Positions 1 through 7,241 of a DNA stretch of 64,000 nt are shown in pieces. The number at the start of each line of letters is the position of its first letter. The stretch's first letter is position 1. The DNA lies in contig CAYWJO010000015.1 of the NCBI GenBank assembly GCA_964458565.1, positions 1-64,000 on the forward strand. Reading direction: 5' to 3'. The position numbers were made by a program, and so were the translations under genes. The DNA is from an uncultured archaeon (GTDB taxonomy: Archaea; Asgardarchaeota; Thorarchaeia; Thorarchaeales; Thorarchaeaceae). Below the pieces are notes generated by a model. The model was not told where the DNA came from. It worked only from the letters and a program-made list of their open reading frames with translations, and searched no databases.

Positions 1-56
1 TCAGTGACAAGAAAACATTAGATGTCTCGTAATTATATAATAAAAGAATGAATTTT

Positions 57-155
57 GAGGGATGTCCCACCTTCGATTGCCTGTCTCATCTCGGGAATGA
101 ACACGCTCTCTGCGATGATATGGTCTCTCGAACCAAGCCTACCCACGACCCAGAC
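57..155 (-). ncRNA. Candidate small structured RNA divergent from uvrB
   Basis: Relatively GC-rich segment in an AT-rich intergenic region. A minus-strand TTTTAAT box lies at 172-178. By eye it folds into a GCUUG/CAGGC closing stem enclosing three small hairpins. No known family recognised. Confidence 0.3.
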
Positions 156-254
156 ATATGTGTATTGACTCATTAAAACCGAGCACTAGTAATATATCAG
201 AAATGGTATAGGTTGGTAAGTGCATTCACAAGTACAGATTAGAGGTTTCTCACA

Positions 255-2234
255 TTGACAGATTTCGAATTACATGCACCATTTGAGCCTACAGGTGACC
301 AACCACAAGCTATAGAAAAGCTGGTAGAGGGAATTGATGCAGGTTTTAAGCATCAGACGCTCCTAGGTGTTACTGGTTCAGGTAAGACTTATACCATGGC
401 TAATGTGATTGAAGCATTTAATAAACCGACATTGGTGATTTCGCACAACAAGACACTTGCAGCACAATTAACATCAGAGTATCGTCAATTCTTTCCAAAT
501 AACGAGGTGGGGTATTTTGTTTCATACTATGACTACTACCAACCAGAAGCTTATGTTCCAAGCCGAGATATGTACATTGAGAAAGAGGCTGACATTAACA
601 CAGAAATCGAAAAACTGCGTCATGGAGCGACTCATGCTCTGCAGACAAGAAAAGATGTCGTGATAGTGGCTTCGGTATCATGTATTTATGGAATCGGAAA
701 TCCAGAGGAATATGGAGGGCTTTCACTCTATCTGAAAGTCGGTGATCAGATAGATCGACGTGACATACTTGAGAAATTAGTGAATATGCAATATAATCGA
801 AATGACATGAACATCGAACCGGGTAGCTTCAGAGTCAGAGGAGACGTGATTGATGTTCTAGCGCCTTACAATGATTATATGACACGCGTTGAACTTGATG
901 GAAGCAAGGTAGAAAAGATTTCATTTCTGGATGCGCTCACGGGTAGAAGAGTAGGAGGAGATACTTGGATTGATCTCTATCCAGCAAGGCATCATGTGGC
1001 ATCATATGAGAACGTACAAGCCGCTTTAGATCCTATCGAACAGGAGATGCATGAACAGGTCGAGTGGTTTAAACAACAAGGGAAGCTTGTTGAGGCAGAC
1101 CGGCTGAAGAGGAGAACTCTCTATGATCTGGAGATGCTACGCGAAACAGGTTTTTGTTCTGGTATCGAGAACTACTCCAGACATATAGAAGGTCGTGCAC
1201 AGGATGAAAAAGCATACACGCTATTGGATTACTATCCAGATGATTTCTTGATGATTATTGATGAGAGTCATATGACAATTCCACAGATTCGAGGAATGTA
1301 CTTTGGCGACTTGTCCCGGAAACAAAATCTTGTGGAGTTTGGTTTCAGACTACCATCAGCCCTCGACAATAGACCACTTCGATTCCATGAATTTGAAGAG
1401 TACATGAAACATGTCATTTACACTAGTGCCACACCAAGTTCATTCGAAAAGGAACATAGCTCACAAATAGTTGAGCAGTTAATTCGACCTACAGGATTGT
1501 TAGATCCTGATATTACTGTAAAGCCTGTTGAGGGTCAAATTGATGTTCTAATCGGAGAGATACGTAAGACGACAAAAGCCGGTGATAGAACTCTTGTCAC
1601 CACCCTCACAAAGAAGACTGCTGAAATGCTTACAGAATATTTGATAGAGAATGGAGTTAGAGCGAGATATTTGCACTCAGACATTGGAACTGTAGAGAGA
1701 ATCGAAATCATTAGAGAGTTACGACAGGGAAAATTCGATGTGCTTGTAGGAATCAATCTCCTGAGGGAAGGACTTGATCTACCTGAGGTCTCAATGGTTG
1801 CCATTCTGGATGCGGATAAAGAAGGTTTTCTTAGAACAGGTTGGGCACTCATTCAAACAATGGGAAGAGCTGCAAGAAATGAAAGAGGAAGGGTATTTCT
1901 TTTTGCAGACAGAGTATCAGGTGCAATGCAAGCAGCAATTGATGAAACTAACAGAAGAAGACGGTACCAGCTAGAGTATAATGAGGAATATGGGGTAATT
2001 CCACAATCGATATCGAAGGATATTCAGGACATAGCTCAAGGGCTCCATGCTAGAGATAAGATGGAACAGACTAAACTAAAAGACTTTGATCCATTGGAAT
2101 GGGAAGATATGATGGATTATATTGTGGACCTTGAAGAACAGATGAAAGATGCAGCGCGTAATCTCGAATTTGAAAAAGCTGCACGTTTAAGAGACCAGAT
2201 AGCTGGAATGAAGAAAACTCTTGAAGGACGTTAA
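255..2234 (+). CDS. uvrB: Excinuclease ABC subunit B
   Basis: PTGDQP, GVTGSGKT Walker A, YYDYYQPEAY beta-hairpin, DESH, GINLLREGLDLPEV, GRAARN and a C-terminal UVR domain (LEFEKAARLRD). TTG start. Confidence 0.98.
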   Translation: MTDFELHAPFEPTGDQPQAIEKLVEGIDAGFKHQTLLGVTGSGKTYTMANVIEAFNKPTLVISHNKTLAAQLTSEYRQFFPNNEVGYFVSYYDYYQPEAYVPSRDMYIEKEADINTEIEKLRHGATHALQTRKDVVIVASVSCIYGIGNPEEYGGLSLYLKVGDQIDRRDILEKLVNMQYNRNDMNIEPGSFRVRGDVIDVLAPYNDYMTRVELDGSKVEKISFLDALTGRRVGGDTWIDLYPARHHVASYENVQAALDPIEQEMHEQVEWFKQQGKLVEADRLKRRTLYDLEMLRETGFCSGIENYSRHIEGRAQDEKAYTLLDYYPDDFLMIIDESHMTIPQIRGMYFGDLSRKQNLVEFGFRLPSALDNRPLRFHEFEEYMKHVIYTSATPSSFEKEHSSQIVEQLIRPTGLLDPDITVKPVEGQIDVLIGEIRKTTKAGDRTLVTTLTKKTAEMLTEYLIENGVRARYLHSDIGTVERIEIIRELRQGKFDVLVGINLLREGLDLPEVSMVAILDADKEGFLRTGWALIQTMGRAARNERGRVFLFADRVSGAMQAAIDETNRRRRYQLEYNEEYGVIPQSISKDIQDIAQGLHARDKMEQTKLKDFDPLEWEDMMDYIVDLEEQMKDAARNLEFEKAARLRDQIAGMKKTLEGR

Positions 2235-2243
2235 TTGCTCACA

Positions 2244-2275
2244 AGAAAAAGGAAAGAGAGAGGCAAGTGCCCCTC
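2244..2275 (-). terminator. Hairpin plus pyrimidine tract terminator
   Basis: Minus strand reads GAGGGGC-ACTT-GCCTCTC followed by TCTTTCCTTTTTCTT, between convergent genes. Confidence 0.55.
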
Positions 2276-2286
2276 AATTCTTTGAA

Positions 2287-3195
2287 TTACGCTTCCATCT
2301 TCTCTGCGATCTTCATCATACCGTAGATGAACAATATAATGAGTAGGATTGCAGCTAGGTTGGTAGCTCCTAGGTTACCCAGATCGTAGAAGAAGTTAAT
2401 CGACGGAAATAGCGAAGCATAGCTCCATGCATTGATAGTTAGATAGAATACAACATTGAATGTGATTCCAAGTAAGAATACCAATACCATGAACATGTAG
2501 AATATCTTCGCAAGGTCCATGAAGTATCCGCCAATCTTGTCTCCAAGGAAACCAGCTAGAAGTTTTAGCAAACCATACATGAATATGATTACACCAAATG
2601 CAGCGAATAAACCGCCTCCCAAGAATATGAACTGTGGCATTGCATGATTGAAGCTAGTATTTCCAATGAAATTGTCTAGATTCCAACCTGCATAGAAACC
2701 AACAGCTAGCATGATGAACAGACCTTTCAGGATATGTAGGATATTCTTGATCATATCCCAATTATCAGCCATCATTTTCTCTAGGATAGGTCCTATGAAG
2801 AAGAAGATACCTAGTAGGAGTATCATAACTCCTGGTAGAACAACATCTACTCCTCCAATTGGCCAATTGGGAGCTCCTATAATCATGATTACAGCATTCA
2901 AAATGAGTGCTAAACCAAGTACATACCAAGCCATATCTTCCTTTTCTATTGCATAGTACAGTGGGAATAGCAAACCAAGAACTAGAGTGAAGTAGAACAG
3001 CCATATCAAAGCATCGCCTGCAAGGAACATAGCAGTCATTCCGGTTCTAGGTAAGTAAATCAAATAAAACAGTGCTAATGCAATATTGGAGAGATACAAG
3101 ACTAACTTGTTGAAGTTGATTTCTATATCTCCGTCACTTTTTTTTTCTGGTTTTTTCAGTTCTTTTTTTTCTGTGAAGTCCTTTTTTTCTTCCAT
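2287..3195 (-). CDS. Multi-pass membrane protein of unknown function (about 8 TM, charged N-terminus)
   Basis: Long ORF of hydrophobic helices. ATG at 3195 is preceded by a GGAGAGGTG SD-like sequence; the ORF track starts at an upstream TTG (3231). Confidence 0.8.
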   Translation of the reverse strand: MEEKKDFTEKKELKKPEKKSDGDIEINFNKLVLYLSNIALALFYLIYLPRTGMTAMFLAGDALIWLFYFTLVLGLLFPLYYAIEKEDMAWYVLGLALILNAVIMIIGAPNWPIGGVDVVLPGVMILLLGIFFFIGPILEKMMADNWDMIKNILHILKGLFIMLAVGFYAGWNLDNFIGNTSFNHAMPQFIFLGGGLFAAFGVIIFMYGLLKLLAGFLGDKIGGYFMDLAKIFYMFMVLVFLLGITFNVVFYLTINAWSYASLFPSINFFYDLGNLGATNLAAILLIILFIYGMMKIAEKMEA

Positions 3196-3224
3196 ACAGA
3201 ACACCTCTCCGGCTAATTTACCGA

Positions 3225-3370
3225 AAAGCAAGTAGAATTAGATACAATACCCCGTTATTTTGTTTGCGGGGAATGATGTAATATACGTCATTTGCCGAAC
3301 TTTCGCCAACAAATAGCGCCATTTCTCATGCACCTAACCCACTAACGTTAACAATAGTGAAACGCTCCGT
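3225..3370 (-). ncRNA. Candidate structured 5' leader (cis-regulatory RNA) of the membrane protein gene
   Basis: Five consecutive hairpins, including a GC-GAAA-GU GNRA loop and a CAUGAGAAAUG T-loop-like loop. A TTTAAA box lies at about 3393-3398. Confidence 0.45.
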
Positions 3371-3521
3371 GATATATATTATTTCTGGTTTCTTTAAATA
3401 ACACAGCAAACAGTGAAAAATAATAGAGAAATGAAGTCTCTCAGATTCCCCGGTAGAATTTACGGGATTGAGATTCAATTTGAAACGCAAAGGAATAAAT
3501 CCCTAACACATAACAAGATAC

Positions 3522-4106
3522 ATGAAGAGAGCGGTAATTGAAATGAATGGGGAGAATAATCCACGCTACGGTCAATATGGAGATCCACGACCTCGGTGTC
3601 AATGGTGTGGGAGTGCTGATGTGAGAGGTTCTCATACGTTTCAATTTGGTGAATATGGTTATTTTTGCTCATATAATTGCGAAATGGCAGGTCGATACCA
3701 TCAGATGATAGGATTAGTATTTGTTGGAATACCATTCTTCGTAGTTACATCGACTATCTTGCTGTTTATTCCAAACATGCCAATTCTTTTTCCAATTATC
3801 TACATACCTCTTAGTCTACTGTTTAGTATATGGATGGTTAATTCAGTGCGTGTAGGGCATTCTATGAGAAAAGTAACAGTAGATGGTTATATCCAACGTG
3901 GAGAGCTTGACGAAGATGTTGCGATTGAATTGGAAGAAACGATTCTCGATTTCATTAAAATGAAGAATGAAGTGACTCTATCAGAAATAATATCTCATTT
4001 TGGTGAAACATACTCTGTAGCATCCATCCGTTGGGTAATAGATAGACTTCTTGTTACTGGTTCCATTGCAGAAGAAGAGATGGGTCACTATCGGGCGAAA
4101 CAATAG
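3522..4106 (+). CDS. Zn-finger (CxxC...FCSxxC) / 2-TM / winged-helix-like hypothetical protein
   Basis: CQWC and FCSYNC motifs, two hydrophobic segments, and a C-terminal wHTH-like pattern (EVTLSEIISHF...IRWVIDRLLVTGSI). Confidence 0.7.
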   Translation: MKRAVIEMNGENNPRYGQYGDPRPRCQWCGSADVRGSHTFQFGEYGYFCSYNCEMAGRYHQMIGLVFVGIPFFVVTSTILLFIPNMPILFPIIYIPLSLLFSIWMVNSVRVGHSMRKVTVDGYIQRGELDEDVAIELEETILDFIKMKNEVTLSEIISHFGETYSVASIRWVIDRLLVTGSIAEEEMGHYRAKQ

Positions 4107-4158
4107 AATCTAATAGATAACTCGCAAAGACCGAGCTGTACGACTAAATAGAGGAAGG

Positions 4159-4233
4159 ATGAAAGAGAAGGATATCTTCGATACTTTCGACGACCTCTCT
4201 CAGATGCTAGAATACTTGTGCATGGACAAGTAG
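4159..4233 (+). CDS. Putative 24-aa small ORF MKEKDIFDTFDDLSQMLEYLCMDK
   Basis: ATG directly preceded by a purine-rich GAGGAAGG stretch; amphipathic-helix-like composition. Confidence 0.25.
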   Translation: MKEKDIFDTFDDLSQMLEYLCMDK

Positions 4234-4343
4234 GTAGCATAATGAACTAGTACAAGGTAGTACATTCAGTTGTCGAAACGTGGCAGGTATCCAAAGAGTT
4301 ACTTGCATTCATAAATCCGTACTGACATTCGAGGCCGAAACCA

Positions 4344-7241
4344 ATGGTTGTGTCAAAAAGGGAAGACTCTACACAAGATGACCTGATAGATGGCCCTAGG
4401 TCAATTATTGTAGTAGGAGCTGCCGAACACAACCTCAAGAACATAACAGTAGAGATTCCTAAGAATACTCTAACCGTTGTAACAGGTGTTAGTGGATCAG
4501 GTAAGAGTTCACTTGTGTTCGATACCATTTTCGCAGAAGGTCAGAGAAGATTTATCGAGTCGCTCTCAGCCTATGCTCGTCAGTTTCTGGGTATGCTAGA
4601 GAAACCAAAGGTTGACTTCATGTCTGGGCTTTCACCCTCAATTTCAATTGACCAGAAGAGTGTTGGAAGAAATCCAAGAAGTACAGTTGGAACAATAACA
4701 GAAATCTATGATTTTCTTAGATTACTCTACGCACGTGTAGGAGAACCGCATTGTCCTGAATGTGGTAAGAAAATAGAACCTCAGACCTCTCAGCAGATAG
4801 TAGACCGCATTCTTCAATATGATGAGGGTACAAGGATAATGATTCTAGCTCCTATGATCAGAGGCAGGAAGGGAGAGTATCGGAAGGAGTTCAAGGAATT
4901 TAGAGAAAAGGGATTCATTCGAGCACGAGTTGATAGTAAGATTGTTGATATTGAAGAGGGTATGTCACTCGACCGTTATGTCGAGCACACGATTGAACTG
5001 ATATTGGACAGAGTAAAGGTATCAGAAAAAGAAAGAGAAAGAATTGCAGAGGCAGTGGATAATTCGCTCAACATGGCGGAGGGTGTTGTTACAATTGTCG
5101 CAGGAGATGAGGAACGCTCATTCTCTGAACAGTTTGCATGCATTGATTGTGGTATCAGCCTTCCTGAGATGGAACCACGTATCTTCTCATGGAATACACC
5201 TCAAGGAGCTTGCTCTAACTGTACAGGGATGGGGGTTATTCGTGATTTCGCAATAGAGTTGTTTATCGAAGATGAAAACCTCACTCTTCGCCAAGGTGCT
5301 ATCAAGTCAGACAAATGGAAAATAAAAAGAAAATCCTTCAAGAAAATCGCAGACCACTTTGGTTTTGATCTCGACACCCCATGGAAGGACCTTACTGACA
5401 AACAGAAAGAAGTTCTTCTGTATGGATCTGGGGATGTTGAATTCGAATTCGTTTGGTCCGGAGATAATGAGGAATATGAGGTAAAGTATGAGGGGAAATA
5501 CAGAAGACCATTCGAGGGTTTCATTGAACGTGCGAAACGGTCGTACAGACAGACAAAATCAGAATACAGTAAAAAGAAGTGGGAAGAATTCATGAAGGCA
5601 AAGACCTGTCCTGTTTGTAAGGGAGGTCGGCTTCAACCCGTTTCACAAGCAGTTACACTTGGAGGAAAGTCCATTGTTGAAGTAGACAGGATGTCTGTCA
5701 AGCACCTTCGGGAGTATATCAACAGTTTGGAGATTGAGCCTCGATTATCACCTGTGGCTGACCCGATCAAGAGAGAGATACAGGGTAGGGTGGGATTTCT
5801 TGAAGAAGTGGGTCTCGAATACCTCACGTTAGATAGAACAGCGCCCACGCTTGCTGGAGGAGAAGCTCAACGTATCAGACTTGCTAGTCAAATAGGCTCT
5901 AATCTGGTTGGCGTCACCTATGTATGCGATGAACCAAGTATAGGACTCCATGCAAGAGACAATATTCGTTTGCTGAAATCACTGATGAAACTGAGAGACC
6001 TCGGTAACACTGTACTTGTTGTGGAACATGACGAGGAAACCATGAGGGAGGCAGATTATATAGTCGATTTAGGAGTGGGAGCGGGGGCTGAAGGAGGAGA
6101 AGTCGTAGCAGCTGGATCTATAGAGGACATACTGAAATCCAAGAAATCAGTGACTGGACGATTCCTACGCGGGGAAGACAAGATTCCGATTCCGAAGAAA
6201 AGGCGAGAACCTAACGGACGCTTTATCGAGCTAAAAGGAGCAAGACACAATAATCTGAAGAACATTGATGTAAAGATTCCAATGGGTCTATTCGTCTCTG
6301 TAACAGGGGTGAGTGGGAGTGGAAAATCAAGCTTGGTGGTTGAGACCCTTCAACGTGAATTGGCACGCAGATTTCACAATGCTGAGGCAGAACCTGGAGA
6401 GCACGATTCAATTGAAGGAGCAGATCAACTCGACAAAGTGATTGTGATTGATCAAAGCCCAATAGGAAGGACACCCCGATCTAACCCAGCTACCTATGTT
6501 GGTCTTTGGACTCCATTACGAGACCTTTTTGCTAGTCTACCTGAGTCAAAGATTCGAGGCTATAATAAGGGGAGATTTAGCTTCAATGTGAAAGGAGGAA
6601 GATGTGAAACCTGTCGTGGAGCTGGAGTCGAAGTAATTGAGATGCAATTCCTACCTCCAGTCCAGGTAACTTGTACCGAGTGCAAGGGGCGCAGATATAA
6701 TCGAGATACTTTGCAGGTACGATTCAAGGGGAAGAATGTTGCTGACATTCTTGAGATGCGAATAGATGAAGCACACGAGTTTTTTGAAGGAATACCATCT
6801 ATTCATAGACGTATCCAGACGTTATGTGATGTAGGAATGGGATATGTCAAACTGGGACAACCTGCCACGACGCTTAGTGGAGGCGAAGCTCAACGTATCA
6901 AACTTAGTAAATTCCTTGCACGTCCTGCTACAGGTCAGACCTTGATAATGCTAGACGAACCCACAACTGGACTCCATTTTGCAGACATCAAGAAACTCCT
7001 TGAGGTGCTCCACAGACTCGTGGACCTTGGGAATACAGTATTAGTAATTGAGCATCAACTAGATGTAGTCAAGACTTCAGATTGGGTAGTTGATCTTGGA
7101 CCCGAAGGTGGAGATGAGGGAGGTTATATTGTCGCTGAAGGAACACCCGAAAATATTGTAGCTAGCAAGGATTCATTCACAGGTAAGTATCTGAAGGAAC
7201 TCCTTGAAGATAGCAAACAGAAGGGGAGGGAAAAGCGATAG
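4344..7241 (+). CDS. uvrA: Excinuclease ABC subunit A, paralogue 1
   Basis: Two ABC ATPase modules (GVSGSGKS twice, LAGGE/LSGGE, DEPSIGLH/DEPTTGLH), EGQRRF, three Zn modules, UvrB-binding and insertion domains. Confidence 0.98.
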   Translation: MVVSKREDSTQDDLIDGPRSIIVVGAAEHNLKNITVEIPKNTLTVVTGVSGSGKSSLVFDTIFAEGQRRFIESLSAYARQFLGMLEKPKVDFMSGLSPSISIDQKSVGRNPRSTVGTITEIYDFLRLLYARVGEPHCPECGKKIEPQTSQQIVDRILQYDEGTRIMILAPMIRGRKGEYRKEFKEFREKGFIRARVDSKIVDIEEGMSLDRYVEHTIELILDRVKVSEKERERIAEAVDNSLNMAEGVVTIVAGDEERSFSEQFACIDCGISLPEMEPRIFSWNTPQGACSNCTGMGVIRDFAIELFIEDENLTLRQGAIKSDKWKIKRKSFKKIADHFGFDLDTPWKDLTDKQKEVLLYGSGDVEFEFVWSGDNEEYEVKYEGKYRRPFEGFIERAKRSYRQTKSEYSKKKWEEFMKAKTCPVCKGGRLQPVSQAVTLGGKSIVEVDRMSVKHLREYINSLEIEPRLSPVADPIKREIQGRVGFLEEVGLEYLTLDRTAPTLAGGEAQRIRLASQIGSNLVGVTYVCDEPSIGLHARDNIRLLKSLMKLRDLGNTVLVVEHDEETMREADYIVDLGVGAGAEGGEVVAAGSIEDILKSKKSVTGRFLRGEDKIPIPKKRREPNGRFIELKGARHNNLKNIDVKIPMGLFVSVTGVSGSGKSSLVVETLQRELARRFHNAEAEPGEHDSIEGADQLDKVIVIDQSPIGRTPRSNPATYVGLWTPLRDLFASLPESKIRGYNKGRFSFNVKGGRCETCRGAGVEVIEMQFLPPVQVTCTECKGRRYNRDTLQVRFKGKNVADILEMRIDEAHEFFEGIPSIHRRIQTLCDVGMGYVKLGQPATTLSGGEAQRIKLSKFLARPATGQTLIMLDEPTTGLHFADIKKLLEVLHRLVDLGNTVLVIEHQLDVVKTSDWVVDLGPEGGDEGGYIVAEGTPENIVASKDSFTGKYLKELLEDSKQKGREKR

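Noticed and set aside
120-155. tRNA gene (tRNA-Pro-like 5' end and GGTTCGA)
   Set aside because: No complementary acceptor stem, anticodon arm or correctly spaced T-arm.
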